Below, one piece after another: positions 49,640-60,205 of a DNA stretch of 64,000 nucleotides. The position numbers and the translations under genes are program-made. Below the pieces are notes generated by a model. That model did not search any database. It had not been told where the DNA came from and was given only the letters and a program-made list of their open reading frames with translations. Origin of the DNA: Burkholderiales bacterium (GTDB lineage: Bacteria; Pseudomonadota; Gammaproteobacteria; Burkholderiales; SG8-39); assembly GCA_050248795.1 (NCBI GenBank), contig JBFWRS010000002.1:69018-133017 (forward strand). The letters run 5' to 3'. Position 1 is the first letter of the stretch. Every line of letters begins with the position of its first letter.

Positions 49640-50089
49640 TCAGGCCTTGCCGGTGGAGCCGAAGCCTCCAGCCCCGCGGCTGGAGGCTTCGAACTCCTCC
49701 ACCACGTTAAGGCTCACCTGCACCACCGGCACCACCACCAGCTGGGCGATGCGCTCCAGCGGCTGGATGGTGAATGCCGCCTTCGACCTGTTCCACAGCG
49801 ATACGAGTACCTGCCCCTGGTAGTCGGAGTCGATCAGGCCGACGAGATTGCCGAGCACGATGCCGTGCCTGGCGCCCAGTCCGGACCGCGGCAGCACGAT
49901 CGCCGCCAGCCCCGGATCGCCGATGTGGATGGCGATGCCGGAAGGCACCAGTTGGCTGTCACCCGGCTGCAGCACCAGCGGCGCATCCACGCATGCGCGC
50001 AGGTCCAGCCCCGCCGCTCCCGGGGTGCCGTACTGCGGCACGCATTCGCGGATCCTCGCGTCGAGGATCTTCACATCCAGGGTCCGCAA
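49640..50089 (-). CDS. dut: dUTP diphosphatase
   Basis: [31 protein letters not shown]; TTG start. Confidence 0.93.
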   Translation of the reverse strand: MRTLDVKILDARIRECVPQYGTPGAAGLDLRACVDAPLVLQPGDSQLVPSGIAIHIGDPGLAAIVLPRSGLGARHGIVLGNLVGLIDSDYQGQVLVSLWNRSKAAFTIQPLERIAQLVVVPVVQVSLNVVEEFEASSRGAGGFGSTGKA

Positions 50090-50091
50090 GG

Positions 50092-51288
50092 CTAGCGCTT
50101 CCTCTTCGCGAGCATGCCCGCCGCGTGCTCGACGAGCTTCCTTGCCTGCTCGAGCTTGGGTCCGCGGCCCAGTGGATGGGCGCCGCGCTCGTCGTACAGG
50201 GTGATGGCGTTGTCGTCGGCGCCCAGCGCCTTCTGCGCCAGGTTCGCGGCAAGCAGCGGTATGCCCTTCTTTGCGCGCTTGGCCCTGGCATTCCTGTCCA
50301 GTCGCTCGCTCTCGGCCGCGAATCCGACACAGAAAGGCCCGTCCTTCATCCGCGCCACGTGCGCGAGTATGTCGGGGTTCTCCTCTAGCCGCAGGTTCAG
50401 GGCAGATGCTGCACCCTTCTTGATCTTCTGCTTCGATGGCGCCTTGACGCGATAGTCCGCCACGGCGGCCACGGCGAAAAAGATGTCCGCGCCGGCAGCA
50501 TGCGCCTTCACCGCGTCGAACATGTGCGCCGCGCTCCTCACGTCGATGCGGGAGACGCCCGGCGGCGCAGTCAGCGCCACCGGCCCGCTTATCAGCGTCA
50601 CCTCGGCCCCGGCGTCGCGCGCGGCGCGCGCGACTGCGTAGCCCATCTTGCCGGAGCTGAGGTTGGTGATCACGCGCACCGGATCGATCGGCTCCTCGGT
50701 CGGCCCGGCAGTCACCAGCACGCGCCTGCCGGCGAGCGGCTTCGGCTGGAAGCTTGCATCGATTTCCTCGAAGAGGTCGGCGGCTTCCAGCATGCGTCCC
50801 ATGCCGGTTTCGCCGCATGCCTGGTCGCCGGGTACCGGGCCGGCGATCAGCACGCCGTCGGCACGCAAGGTGCGCAGGTTGCGTTGCGTCGCCGCGTTCT
50901 GCCACATCTCCACGTTCATCGCGGGGGCGAGCATCAGCGGGCAGCGCCGCGCCAGCGTGATCGCGGACAGCAGGTCGTCGGCAAGGCCATGCGCGACCTT
51001 TGCCATGAAATCGGCGCTCGCCGGCGCGATGACGACCAGTTCACGGTCGCGGGAGAGTTCGATGTGCCCCATGTTGTCGGGCACGCGCGGGTCCCACATG
51101 TCGGTCCAGACCGCCTGGCCGCTCAGCGCCTGCATGGTCACCGGGGTGACGAAGCGCGTCGCTGCCTGCGTCATCGCCACGCGCACGTCCGCACCCGCCT
51201 TCACCAGGCGCCGCGCCAGCTCGCAAGACTTGAACGCGGCGACGCCGCCGGTCATGCCGAGCAGGATGCGCTTGCCTTTCAGTGTCAT
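50092..51288 (-). CDS. coaBC: Phosphopantothenoylcysteine decarboxylase/ligase
   Basis: [31 protein letters not shown]. Confidence 0.95.
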   Translation of the reverse strand: MTLKGKRILLGMTGGVAAFKSCELARRLVKAGADVRVAMTQAATRFVTPVTMQALSGQAVWTDMWDPRVPDNMGHIELSRDRELVVIAPASADFMAKVAHGLADDLLSAITLARRCPLMLAPAMNVEMWQNAATQRNLRTLRADGVLIAGPVPGDQACGETGMGRMLEAADLFEEIDASFQPKPLAGRRVLVTAGPTEEPIDPVRVITNLSSGKMGYAVARAARDAGAEVTLISGPVALTAPPGVSRIDVRSAAHMFDAVKAHAAGADIFFAVAAVADYRVKAPSKQKIKKGAASALNLRLEENPDILAHVARMKDGPFCVGFAAESERLDRNARAKRAKKGIPLLAANLAQKALGADDNAITLYDERGAHPLGRGPKLEQARKLVEHAAGMLAKRKR

Positions 51289-51328
51289 CGGATCCCCGGC
51301 CTCAGGCGTTCATCGGGTGGGGGAGTAT

Positions 51329-51997
51329 ATGGCAATTAGCGATTGGCCCTTGTCGGAACGACCGCGCGAAAGGCTGCTGGCGCAGGGCGCCACGGCCCTG
51401 TCCGATGCAGAACTGCTGGCAGTGTTCCTGCGCACCGGCGTGCGTGGAAAGAGTGCGGTCGACCTCGGTCGTGAACTGCTCGCCGTCTCGGGCGGGCTCT
51501 CGGGCCTGGTGCGCGCCGGGAACAGCAGGCGCGTCAAGGGGCTCGGCCCGGCCAAGCATGCGCAGCTTGCCGCAGTGCTCGAGGTCGCCCGCCGCTGCCT
51601 GGGCGAGGACCTGCGCGCAGGCAGCGCGTTGACCTCACCGGGCTCGGTGCGCGACTACCTGCGCGTGTCCCTGGGCGCGCGCGAACACGAGGTCTTCGTG
51701 GTGATATTCCTCGACGCGCAACATCGTGTCATCCGCGCCGAGGAACTGTTCCGCGGCACGCTTGGCCAGACCAGCGTGTATCCGCGCGAGGTGGTGAAGG
51801 CAGCGCTGGCGGCGAACGCCGCCGCGGTGATCTTCGCGCACAACCATCCATCCGGGGTTGCCCAGCCCAGCCAGGCCGACGAACTGCTCACGCGCAGCCT
51901 CAAGGACGCCCTTGCGCTGGTGGACGTCAAGGTGCTGGACCACTTCATCGTCGCCGGCAATCACTGCCTGTCGTTCGCGGAGCGAGGCCTGCTGTAG
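51329..51997 (+). CDS. radC: RadC/JAB domain protein
   Basis: RPRERL, ELLA, HNHPSG, LDHFIV. Confidence 0.93.
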   Translation: MAISDWPLSERPRERLLAQGATALSDAELLAVFLRTGVRGKSAVDLGRELLAVSGGLSGLVRAGNSRRVKGLGPAKHAQLAAVLEVARRCLGEDLRAGSALTSPGSVRDYLRVSLGAREHEVFVVIFLDAQHRVIRAEELFRGTLGQTSVYPREVVKAALAANAAAVIFAHNHPSGVAQPSQADELLTRSLKDALALVDVKVLDHFIVAGNHCLSFAERGLL

Positions 51998-52020
51998 GCC
52001 GCGCGCAGGCGCTGACCGGC

Positions 52021-52050
52021 TTGCAAAGTGCCTGATTTTTCGCGTAGAAT
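52021..52050 (+). promoter_or_regulatory. Sigma70 promoter of rpmB-rpmG
   Basis: TTGCAA-18 bp-TAGAAT. Confidence 0.6.
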
Positions 52051-52087
52051 TCGCCCCTTTCGCGAATTTCCCGCCTCCGGAGTAGCC

Positions 52088-52321
52088 ATGTCCCGCGTCT
52101 GCGAAGTCACCGGCAAGAAGCCGATCAAGGGCCACCTTGTCTCACACGCCAACAACAAGACCAAGCGCGTGTTCAACCCCAACCTTCACTATCGCCGTTT
52201 CTGGCTCGAGAGCCAGAAACGCTGGGTGCGGCTGCGCGTAAGCACCGCCGGTCTGCGGCGCATCGACAAGCTGGGGCTGGAAGCCGTGCTCGCGGAAATC
52301 AAAGCCGCCAAAGCGGCCTGA
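52088..52321 (+). CDS. rpmB: 50S ribosomal protein L28
   Basis: [20 protein letters not shown]. Confidence 0.95.
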   Translation: MSRVCEVTGKKPIKGHLVSHANNKTKRVFNPNLHYRRFWLESQKRWVRLRVSTAGLRRIDKLGLEAVLAEIKAAKAA

Positions 52322-52331
52322 GGAGACCAAT

Positions 52332-52487
52332 ATGCGCGAGAAAATAAAGCTCGAATCGTCTGCCGGAACCGGCCACTTCTACACCACGACGAAGAACAAG
52401 CGTACGACGCCCGACAAGATGGAGATCAAGAAGTACGATCCGAAGGCGCGCAAGCACGTGATGTACAAGGAAACCAAGCTGAAGTAG
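52332..52487 (+). CDS. rpmG: 50S ribosomal protein L33
   Basis: [24 protein letters not shown]...[10 protein letters not shown] (hand translated, 51 aa). Confidence 0.95.
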   Translation: MREKIKLESSAGTGHFYTTTKNKRTTPDKMEIKKYDPKARKHVMYKETKLK

Positions 52488-52502
52488 CCGGCCTGGCCGA
52501 AG

Positions 52503-52530
52503 AAAAAAGCCCGCGGAAGCGGGCTTTTTT
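52503..52530. terminator. Bidirectional intrinsic terminator
   Basis: AAAAAAGCCCGC-GGAA-GCGGGCTTTTTT. Confidence 0.88.
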
Positions 52531-52552
52531 GTTTCCTGCGCCGTGCGCGAGG

Positions 52553-53719
52553 TCAGGCGTAGCTGCGCAGCCGGCGGGAAAAATCCGCAAGCGGGGGCAC
52601 GCCGCTGGCCTCGGCGCGACGGCACCAGTCTTCAAGGCGGTGGACCAGCTCCGCGGACGTTGCGCTGGAGCGTTCCCAGAGCGCGACAAGCTCGGCACGC
52701 ATCGCCACCGCGGTGCTGAGCGCCTTGGAACTTTTCAGCGCTTCTGCGAGCTCCGGCTCCGAGATCTGCTGGGCACGCAGGACGGCGCGCTTGCGCTTCT
52801 TCAGGATTGCCGCCTCGCGCGACCGGTGACCAAGGCGCTCCAGCTCCTGCGCATAGGTGCTCTTCAACGAAGCTGTATAGCGCTTCAGCACGTCGTAACG
52901 GTTGGCGATTACGGCCTGCAGCGTCTGCAGGTCAGCCGTCGGCTTGGGATCCGTGAACCGCGGAACCGGCAGGACCTTCTTCACCGTGGCCAGTCCGAGC
53001 ACCTCGAGAATGCGTATGTAGACCCAGCCGATGTCGAACTCGTACCACTTCGCTGAAAACTTCGCCGACGACGGGAAGGCATGGTGGTTGTTGTGCAGTT
53101 CCTCGCCGCCGATGATGATGCCCCAGGGGACGATGTTGCGGCTGGCATCCGGAGCGGGAACGTCCCAGTTCCGGTAGCCGAAATAGTGCCCCACGCCGTT
53201 GATCACGCCCGCCGCCCAGAACGGAATCCAGGCGATCTGGGTAACGAGGATCAGCAGCCCGGGAACGATGCCGAACAGCAGCACGTTGATGACGCCCATC
53301 AGCGTCATACCCGACAAGGTGAACCGCGTGAACACGTTCCGCTCCAGCCAGTCGTCCGGCGTGCCGTGCCCGTAGCGCTCCATGGTCTCGGGGTGGTGGG
53401 ACTCCTTCACGTACAGCAGTACGCCGGACCACAGCACCTTGTTGATGCCGTGAACCTGCGGGCTGTGCGGATCCTCGGGGGTCTCCACCTTGGCGTGATG
53501 CTTGCGGTGGATAGCCACCCACTCCTTGGTCATCATGCCGGTGGTCATCCACAGCCAGATGCGGAAAAAGTAGCTCGGCAGCGGATGCAGGTCCATCGCG
53601 CGGTGCGTCTGGCAGCGATGCAGATACAGGGTCACGGCGGCGATCGTCACGTGCGTGAAGCCAAGCGCGACCAGCACATAACCCCACCATGGCAGATCGA
53701 AGAACCCGGAAAAGAGCAT
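52553..53719 (-). CDS. desA: DesA-family fatty acid (acyl-CoA) desaturase
   Basis: His boxes HRCQTH, HRKHH, HNNHH. Confidence 0.88.
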   Translation of the reverse strand: MLFSGFFDLPWWGYVLVALGFTHVTIAAVTLYLHRCQTHRAMDLHPLPSYFFRIWLWMTTGMMTKEWVAIHRKHHAKVETPEDPHSPQVHGINKVLWSGVLLYVKESHHPETMERYGHGTPDDWLERNVFTRFTLSGMTLMGVINVLLFGIVPGLLILVTQIAWIPFWAAGVINGVGHYFGYRNWDVPAPDASRNIVPWGIIIGGEELHNNHHAFPSSAKFSAKWYEFDIGWVYIRILEVLGLATVKKVLPVPRFTDPKPTADLQTLQAVIANRYDVLKRYTASLKSTYAQELERLGHRSREAAILKKRKRAVLRAQQISEPELAEALKSSKALSTAVAMRAELVALWERSSATSAELVHRLEDWCRRAEASGVPPLADFSRRLRSYA

Positions 53720-53867
53720 CAGATTGGCCTTTTAGTGCTTTGTTGTACGGAAAACCCCGGCACATGCAGGGGTCGCAGATATGCTTCGCTGGATTTTACG
53801 CGAATACCCCCTGCATGCAAGGTGATTTTCTCAGGAAATATCAAGAAATCATAATGTTGCAACACAA

Positions 53868-55172
53868 TCAACCCGTTACATCCGAGCCTCGCTTCGATGC
53901 CCGGCGCGGGGGCTTCTCGTGCCCTGACGCTGCGCGCTCGAACGCGGCGGCGAAGAAGCCGTCGGTGCGGTGGATGTGCGGCCAGAGCCGCAGCCGCCCG
54001 GCCGACTCCAGCGGGATGCGCTGCTCGGCAAGCAGTTCACCGCAGTGCAGGGGCCTGAACTCTCCATGTGCCTCGGCGAAGCGGTCGGCGATCGACTCGT
54101 TCTCCTCCTCCAGCAGGCTGCAGGTGGCGTACACCAGTCGACCGCCAGGCTTCACCAGACGTGCGGCGGATTCGAGGATGCGCGCCTGCTTGACGCGGAG
54201 TTGCTCGACCGCTTCCGGCCCATGGCGCCATTTCAGGTCCGGGTTCCTCCTCAACGTACCGAACCCGCTGCATGGCGCATCGACCAGCACGCGATCGAGT
54301 TTGCCCGCGAGGCGCTTGACGCGCTCGTCGTTCTCGCTGTCCAGCACCACCGGGTGCACGTTCGACACCGCGGCGCGGCGCAGGCGCGGCGTCAGCGAAG
54401 CCAGCCGCTTCGCCGACACGTCCATGGCGTAGAGCCGCCCGCTGGAGCGCATCAGCATCGCCATCGCGAGCGTCTTGCCTCCCGCACCGGCACAGAAGTC
54501 CGCCACCATCTCGCCGCGCCTAGGTGCGACGAGGTAGGCGAGCAACTGGCTACCCTCGTCCTGTACCTCTACCAGCCCGGCCTTGAACAGGGGATGCTGG
54601 TTGATCGCCGGCTTGCCCTTCAGGCGCAGGCTCGCGGGCGAGTAGGCACCCGGGCCTGCCTCGATGCCACTCGACGCGAGCTGGGCATGCGCCTCGTCCC
54701 GCGTGATGCGTGCGAGGTTCACCCGCAGGTCCAGCGGCGCCGGCTCGAGCAGGCTGCGCGCGATGCGCATCGCTTCCGTCGCGCCGTGGCGGCTGGCGAT
54801 GAGGTTCCAGAACCAGTCCGGCAGGTCAGCCTGGACCGCCTCGGGCATGCTCTCTAGCGGTGTTGCACGCACGCGCGCGATGATGCCGCGATCGTGCTCG
54901 CCGAGTGCCTCGTCCAGCGCCCTGCCCGAATACCCGAGCACCCGTACCAGCGCGGCCAGCACCAGCGCGCGCGGCGCGTCAGACCCCGCTGCCACAGCGA
55001 GCGAGCGTTTGCGGCGCAGCGCGGCGTAGACCGCCTCGGCGATGAACGCGCGGTCACGCTGCCCGAGGTTGCGGTGTGCATGGAAGTACGCGGAGATGCT
55101 GCGGTCCGCGGCCCCCGACCGCTCGAGCACGTGTCCCAGCAGGTCCGATGCCTGTCCAACCAATGCCTTCAT
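53868..55172 (-). CDS. RsmB/NOP family RNA m5C methyltransferase
   Basis: VQDEGSQ, DFCAGAGGKT, DAPCSG, YATCS. Confidence 0.9.
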   Translation of the reverse strand: MKALVGQASDLLGHVLERSGAADRSISAYFHAHRNLGQRDRAFIAEAVYAALRRKRSLAVAAGSDAPRALVLAALVRVLGYSGRALDEALGEHDRGIIARVRATPLESMPEAVQADLPDWFWNLIASRHGATEAMRIARSLLEPAPLDLRVNLARITRDEAHAQLASSGIEAGPGAYSPASLRLKGKPAINQHPLFKAGLVEVQDEGSQLLAYLVAPRRGEMVADFCAGAGGKTLAMAMLMRSSGRLYAMDVSAKRLASLTPRLRRAAVSNVHPVVLDSENDERVKRLAGKLDRVLVDAPCSGFGTLRRNPDLKWRHGPEAVEQLRVKQARILESAARLVKPGGRLVYATCSLLEEENESIADRFAEAHGEFRPLHCGELLAEQRIPLESAGRLRLWPHIHRTDGFFAAAFERAASGHEKPPRRASKRGSDVTG

Positions 55173-55173
55173 C

Positions 55174-56313
55174 TCATCTCACTTTCATGTTCGCGAGCAC
55201 CTGCTCGGCCGCGTCGCCGCGCCGGTCGCGCAGCCGTATCTTCACCGGCAGGTTGCCGTATTGCTGCGCCAGCCACACGTCGAAGCGCAGGCGCTCGTCG
55301 TCCGACTCGTTGCGAAAGTGCACCGCGCTTATCGGGCCGAGCTCGGTTTCCACCACCTCGGTGCCCACCACTTCGATGCGCACGGCTTCGAACCTGCGCG
55401 CCGTGGTCACCCAGACCACCGGCGGCGCGGGATCGCCGACGATGAACGAGAGCTGATGCAGGAACGAGAGCAGATCCTGGGACCCCGGCTCCAGGTCCAG
55501 TTCGCGCGTGCCGCCGCCGGAGGTAAGCGTCGCCTTGGACTTCTCCCAGTCGAACACGGCGGACTCGTTGCGTGAAGCCCTCCCGCGCTGCACCGAAAAG
55601 CGCTCCGGGCGAAGGCCCTCCGCAGTGATCACGCCCACGCTCTCCTGGACCAGCTTGCCGCGGGCGAACAATGCACCCAAGCCAGTTGCCTCGGTGGTGG
55701 AGCGTATCAGGTAGCGCGCGCCGTCCCGCTCGAAACTGTGGACCACGCGGCCGATCGGCGCACCTTCAGGCCCGGTGGACAGGTTGAACTCGAGGTCTAT
55801 GGCCTGCGGGAAATCGATTGGAGCCTGCACCTGCACCGGCTCCGCCGGCGCGGGGTCCGCTGCCGGCGGCGGTTCAGGTGCAGGCGCGGCCTCTGGCTCA
55901 GGCGGCTCTGGCTTGGCGGCTTCCACCGCTACCGGCTCAGGCCTGGGGGGCTCGGGTTCCGGCGCCGGCGGTGGCTTGCTCTTCGCCACCTCGGCTGCGC
56001 GCGGTAGTCGGGGTACCGGCTTGGGCCTGGGCTTGGGCTTGGGTTCGGGCTTGGGCTGCGCGCTGGGCTCGGCCGCGGTTGCCGGCACCGGCGCAGCCGC
56101 GAGCGGCTTCAGCGGCGCGATGCGCGCCCGCAGTGGCCGGGAGTCTGGAGGATCTGCGTGGAGGATCTCGCCCCAATCGAATCCCATCGGCGCGAGCAGG
56201 TGCAGCGCGAGGGACGCGGCGAGCGCGAGCGCCACGCGCCCGCGCAGCCGTCGATCGAAACTGCCCGCCCAGCCGGTTCGGCTTTCGCGGAATACGAGAT
56301 CGGCGATGGACAC
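55174..56313 (-). CDS. DUF3108 domain protein with TM anchor and Pro-rich linker
   Basis: SLALHLL anchor, PKPEPKPKPRPKP linker, C-terminal QDLLS and WLA...LPVKIR; usual purN-DUF3108-rsmB context. Confidence 0.75.
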   Translation of the reverse strand: MSIADLVFRESRTGWAGSFDRRLRGRVALALAASLALHLLAPMGFDWGEILHADPPDSRPLRARIAPLKPLAAAPVPATAAEPSAQPKPEPKPKPRPKPVPRLPRAAEVAKSKPPPAPEPEPPRPEPVAVEAAKPEPPEPEAAPAPEPPPAADPAPAEPVQVQAPIDFPQAIDLEFNLSTGPEGAPIGRVVHSFERDGARYLIRSTTEATGLGALFARGKLVQESVGVITAEGLRPERFSVQRGRASRNESAVFDWEKSKATLTSGGGTRELDLEPGSQDLLSFLHQLSFIVGDPAPPVVWVTTARRFEAVRIEVVGTEVVETELGPISAVHFRNESDDERLRFDVWLAQQYGNLPVKIRLRDRRGDAAEQVLANMKVR

Positions 56314-56320
56314 GCGCGGG

Positions 56321-56908
56321 TCACGCGCCCGATACGTCGACGCGGTTGCCGCGCACCGCCAGGCGGCCCTCGAGGAACCAGCGCACCGCCTGAGGGTAGA
56401 TGCGGTGCTCTTCGCGCAGCACGCGGGCGGCAAGGCTGTCTGCGGTATCGTTCGCGAGCACCGGCACCGCGGCCTGCGCCACGATCGGACCGTGGTCGAG
56501 CTCTGCGGTGACGAAATGCACCGTGCAACCATGCAGCTTCACGCCGGCCTCGAGCGCACGCGCATGCGTGTCGAGGCCGGGAAACGCCGGCAGCAGGGAC
56601 GGATGCACGTTCAGCAGCCGGCCCGCGTAGCGCTGCACGAAGCCCGGGGTGAGAATGCGCATGAACCCTGCGAGCGCAACAAGCCTCGGCGCATGACGGT
56701 CTATCTCCACCGCGAGCGCCTGCTCGAACGCCTCGCGGCTTGGGTAGCGCCGATGCTCGACCACGGCACTGTCGATGCCATGACGCGCGGCGATCGCGAG
56801 CCCGCCTGCATCCGCCCGGTTGCTGATGACCGCAGATACCGGCAGGTCCGCCTCGACGAGCGCCTGCATGTTGCTGCCGCGGCCGGAAATGAGGACGACG
56901 ACCGACAT
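56321..56908 (-). CDS. purN: Phosphoribosylglycinamide formyltransferase
   Basis: ISGRGSN, LAGFMRIL, NVHPSLLP, GCTVHFV. Confidence 0.95.
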   Translation of the reverse strand: MSVVVLISGRGSNMQALVEADLPVSAVISNRADAGGLAIAARHGIDSAVVEHRRYPSREAFEQALAVEIDRHAPRLVALAGFMRILTPGFVQRYAGRLLNVHPSLLPAFPGLDTHARALEAGVKLHGCTVHFVTAELDHGPIVAQAAVPVLANDTADSLAARVLREEHRIYPQAVRWFLEGRLAVRGNRVDVSGA

Positions 56909-57014
56909 GAGGCCAGTCTACCGCCCGGGAACGACGCAGAGCCAGAACTGGTAATGGGTCGATGTCGACGCCCCCGCGTCGCGCTCCGTGGTCACGCGCC
57001 GCGGCGGCTGCATC

Positions 57015-57710
57015 TCAGGGCAGGTCGAACAGCAGCACTTCCGCGCTCACGCCCTTCTCGAGCACGATCCGGGACGCATCCGTCTTCAGCGCATCACCCG
57101 CCTCGAGCGCATGGCCGTTTGCCGTCACCTTGCCGCGCGCTACGTGCACGTACGCCCGCCGGCCGGGCGCGATCGCCTGCTCGGCGCGCTCTTCGCCGTC
57201 AATCAGCGCGGAATAAATGGACGCGTCCTGGTGCAGCTTCACGGAGCCCTCGCGCGCGTCGCCGGATGCGATCAGCCGCAGGCGGCCGCGCTTGTCCCCG
57301 GCGGTGAAATGCTTCTGCTCGTACGAAGGCGGGATACCGCGCTCGGCGGGCGCGATCCAGATCTGCAGGAAATGCGTGACGCCGTCCGGCGCGTGGTTGA
57401 ACTCGCTGTGCCTGACGCCGGTGCCCGCGCTCATGCGCTGCACGTCGCCCGGGACGATCGCCGAGCCGTTGCCCATCGAATCCTTGTGAGCAAGCGCGCC
57501 GTCGAGGACGTAGCTGACGATCTCCATGTCGCGGTGTCCGTGCGTGCCGAAGCCCGTGCCGGGCTGGATGCGGTCCTCGTTGATGACGCGCAGCACGCTG
57601 AACCCCATGTGGCGCGGGTCGTGATAGTCGGCAAAGGAAAAGCTGTGGAACGACTTCAGCCAGCCATGATCGGCCAGGCCGCGCTCGGCGCTTCTGCGAA
57701 TCTCGTTCAT
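57015..57710 (-). CDS. Pirin family protein (YhhW-like)
   Basis: HSFSFADY, GFGTHGHRDMEI, HSEFN, LQIW. Confidence 0.9.
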   Translation of the reverse strand: MNEIRRSAERGLADHGWLKSFHSFSFADYHDPRHMGFSVLRVINEDRIQPGTGFGTHGHRDMEIVSYVLDGALAHKDSMGNGSAIVPGDVQRMSAGTGVRHSEFNHAPDGVTHFLQIWIAPAERGIPPSYEQKHFTAGDKRGRLRLIASGDAREGSVKLHQDASIYSALIDGEERAEQAIAPGRRAYVHVARGKVTANGHALEAGDALKTDASRIVLEKGVSAEVLLFDLP

Positions 57711-57720
57711 GCGGCCATCC

Positions 57721-58095
57721 TCACTGCGCCTGCTTGCCCTGCTCCTGCGCGATCTCGGCGTGCACCTTGGCCATGTCGACTGCCTTCGCCTGCTCCAGAA
57801 CCTGCTCCAGCGCTGATGCGGGCAGCGCACCGGCCTGCTGGAACAGGATGACCTTCTCGCGGAACACCATCAGCGTCGGGATCGAGCGGATGCTGAACGC
57901 GCCGCCGAGTTCCTGCTGCTCGTCGGTATTCACTTTGGCGAACACCACGTCCGGATGCGCGTCGGATGCTTTCTCGTAGATCGGCGCAAAGCCGCGGCAT
58001 GGACCGCACCAGGGCGCCCAGAAGTCGACGATGACGATCGGGTTCTCGGTGACGGTCTGCTCGAAGTTGTCCTTGGTAAGCTCGACGGTGGCCAA
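57721..58095 (-). CDS. trxA: Thioredoxin
   Basis: DFWAPWCGPC, IRSIPT; TTG start with AAGGA SD. Confidence 0.88.
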   Translation of the reverse strand: MATVELTKDNFEQTVTENPIVIVDFWAPWCGPCRGFAPIYEKASDAHPDVVFAKVNTDEQQELGGAFSIRSIPTLMVFREKVILFQQAGALPASALEQVLEQAKAVDMAKVHAEIAQEQGKQAQ

Positions 58096-58126
58096 GATTC
58101 GATTCCTTTCTCTGCGATAGGCGATT

Positions 58127-58990
58127 ATGCCGTACACGGGCAGGTTCGCTCCTTCTCCGACCGGACCGCTGCACTTCGGTTCCCTGGTCGCCGCGCTCGC
58201 GGGCTGGCTCGATGCCCGCGCGGCGGGCGGCAGGTGGCTGGTGCGCATGGAGGACCTCGACCGGCCGCGCGAACTGCCGGGCGCCGCCGACGCGATCCTG
58301 CGGCAGCTCGAGGCGCTGGGACTGCACTGGGACGGCGAGGTGATGCGGCAGACGGCGCGCACCAGCGCCTATCGCGCCGCGCTCGAACGCCTTGCCGGCC
58401 ACACCTACTGGTGCGGCTGCACGCGCAGGGAGATGGACGATTCCGCCCTCGCCACCGACGGCGCGCGCATCTATCCGGGGACCTGCCGCGACGGCATCGC
58501 TCCGGGAAAGACCCCGCGCGCGGTGCGTGTCCGCACCGACGACGAGGTGATCCGCTTCGTCGACCGCGTGCAGGGCGAGTGCGCGCAATCCGTCGCGCAT
58601 GAGGTCGGTGATTTCGTGCTGCTGCGCGCGGACGGCCTGTTTGCCTACCAGCTCGCCGTGGTGGTCGACGATGCCGGGCAGGCAGTCACCGACGTGGTGC
58701 GTGGTGCCGACCTGCTCGACTCCACCGCACGGCAGATCCACCTGCAGCGGCTGCTGGGATACCCGCAGCCGCGCTACCTGCACGTGCCGGTCGCGGTCAC
58801 GGCCGCCGGCGAGAAACTGTCCAAGAAGACCGGGGCACCACCGGCCGGAACCGATGACCTGCGACGCGCGCTCGAATTCCTCGGTCAGGCCGCGCCGCGC
58901 GAACTCGCCGGGCGCGAGCTCCTCGATTGGGCGAAAATCAACTGGAGCGCCGAGCGCATCCCGCGCGCGCGAACCCTACAGGTGCCCTGA
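58127..58990 (+). CDS. gluQ: Glutamyl-Q tRNA(Asp) synthetase
   Basis: [18 protein letters not shown]; no anticodon-binding domain. Confidence 0.92.
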   Translation: MPYTGRFAPSPTGPLHFGSLVAALAGWLDARAAGGRWLVRMEDLDRPRELPGAADAILRQLEALGLHWDGEVMRQTARTSAYRAALERLAGHTYWCGCTRREMDDSALATDGARIYPGTCRDGIAPGKTPRAVRVRTDDEVIRFVDRVQGECAQSVAHEVGDFVLLRADGLFAYQLAVVVDDAGQAVTDVVRGADLLDSTARQIHLQRLLGYPQPRYLHVPVAVTAAGEKLSKKTGAPPAGTDDLRRALEFLGQAAPRELAGRELLDWAKINWSAERIPRARTLQVP

Positions 58991-59340
58991 TGCCGATCAA
59001 GACCCGCTACATCCTTACCGTGAGCATGGACGTCGACGCCGACAAGGAAGCGCTGTTCAATGAAGTCTACGACACCGAGCACGTGCCCCTGTTGCTCAAG
59101 GTACCCGGGGTACTTGCGGTGACGCGCCTGAAAATGGAGCCGCTCGCAATGTTCATCGGCGGCGAGAAGAAGACCATCGTCGCCGAGGGCGAGCCAAGCT
59201 ACATGGCAGTGTACGAAATCGAGAGCCCCGCGGTGCTGACCGGCGAGGGCTGGGCGAAGGCCGTCGAGGAAGGCCGCTGGCCGACGCAGGTGCGGCCCTA
59301 CACGAAGAACCGGCGGCACGTGCTGCGCCGCGTGCTGTAG
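58990..59340 (+). CDS. Hypothetical protein, EthD/dimeric alpha-beta barrel-like
   Basis: FNEVYDTEHVP, VPGV, YMAVYE; TGATG coupling to gluQ. Confidence 0.6.
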   Translation: MPIKTRYILTVSMDVDADKEALFNEVYDTEHVPLLLKVPGVLAVTRLKMEPLAMFIGGEKKTIVAEGEPSYMAVYEIESPAVLTGEGWAKAVEEGRWPTQVRPYTKNRRHVLRRVL

Positions 59341-59362
59341 CGGGCTCGCGGCGGCGGGCGCA

Positions 59363-60205
59363 CTAGGCCAGAGTCGCAGTCGCCACGCTGGCGACTGCGC
59401 CCCCTGACTCGGTCCACAGGCGGCAGACCTTGCCTTCCTGCCGGCCATGCGCTGTCATCGGCAGCGGCATCGTCGTCGGCCGCTTGGGGGTGAATTCGAA
59501 CCCAAGCACCCGCGCCGCGGGCTTGTGCCTGTGCAGGCAGTCGAGCATCACCAGCGCGATCAGCGGCCCGTGCACCACCAGCCCGGGATAGCCCTCTACC
59601 TGCGTCGTGTACGGATGGTCGTAGTGGATACGATGGCCGTTGAAGGTAAGCGCCGAAAAGCGGAACAGCATCACTTCGTCAGGCTGCACGGTGCGCGAGA
59701 ACTCCCCGGGCGGCGGCAACGGATCGGTCCTCGCGGGCGCGACATTGCCGCCCGCCTGCGCCTCGCGATAGACGATGCGCTGCACGTCCACCGTGCGCCC
59801 GCCCGAACTGGACGCAATCTCGTGCCGGACGATGACGAACACCAGCTGCCCGGTGGATCCGGTTTTCGCCGTGACGCTCTCGAGCGTCGAAACGCGCGAG
59901 AGCCGGTCGCCGACGCGGATCGGCGCATGGAATTCGACACTGGACCCCGCCCACATGCGGCGCGGCAGCGCGATCGGCGGCAGGAAACCGCCGCGCACCG
60001 GATGCCCGTCCGGCCCGAGCTTCGACTGCGGCGCCGACGGGTTGGTGAACAGCCAGTGCCACGCCGGTGGCAGTTCCTCACCTTCGCTCGCCACCGCCTC
60101 GAGATCGAGCAGTGCGCGCATGCCGCGCACCGCGTGCGGCGTGACGATGTCCCCGGCCTCTTCCGTCCGGCCCACCCACGCCTGGTACTGCGCCACGTCC
60201 GTCAT
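59363..60205 (-). CDS. MaoC/FAS1-like double hotdog dehydratase (mesaconyl-C4-CoA/itaconyl-CoA hydratase-like)
   Basis: PRRMWAG, LFRFSALTFNGHRIHYD, LVVHGPL. Confidence 0.85.
   Translation of the reverse strand: MTDVAQYQAWVGRTEEAGDIVTPHAVRGMRALLDLEAVASEGEELPPAWHWLFTNPSAPQSKLGPDGHPVRGGFLPPIALPRRMWAGSSVEFHAPIRVGDRLSRVSTLESVTAKTGSTGQLVFVIVRHEIASSSGGRTVDVQRIVYREAQAGGNVAPARTDPLPPPGEFSRTVQPDEVMLFRFSALTFNGHRIHYDHPYTTQVEGYPGLVVHGPLIALVMLDCLHRHKPAARVLGFEFTPKRPTTMPLPMTAHGRQEGKVCRLWTESGGAVASVATATLA

Noticed and set aside
51329-51997. radC as a marker of a mobile element or defence island
   Set aside because: Full-length chromosomal type in the standard coaBC-radC-rpmB-rpmG context, with no integrase or cargo genes
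53720-53867. AT-rich patch as a possible foreign insertion
   Set aside because: Short, intergenic and contains promoter-like TTGCAT...TAAAAT for desA; an ordinary regulatory region
55840-56100. Repetitive ggcttg/ggctc tract
   Set aside because: Encodes the Pro-Lys/Pro-Glu linker of the DUF3108 protein; not a CRISPR or independent DNA repeat
56909-57014. Possible ZTP (pfl) riboswitch upstream of purN: GCGCGTGAC...CACGGAGCGCG and a CCCGGGC segment on minus
   Set aside because: The conserved GACUGG and CGCCUGGGC core is missing, and a -10 directly before the ATG suggests this region is not in the purN transcript. An Rfam scan would settle it.
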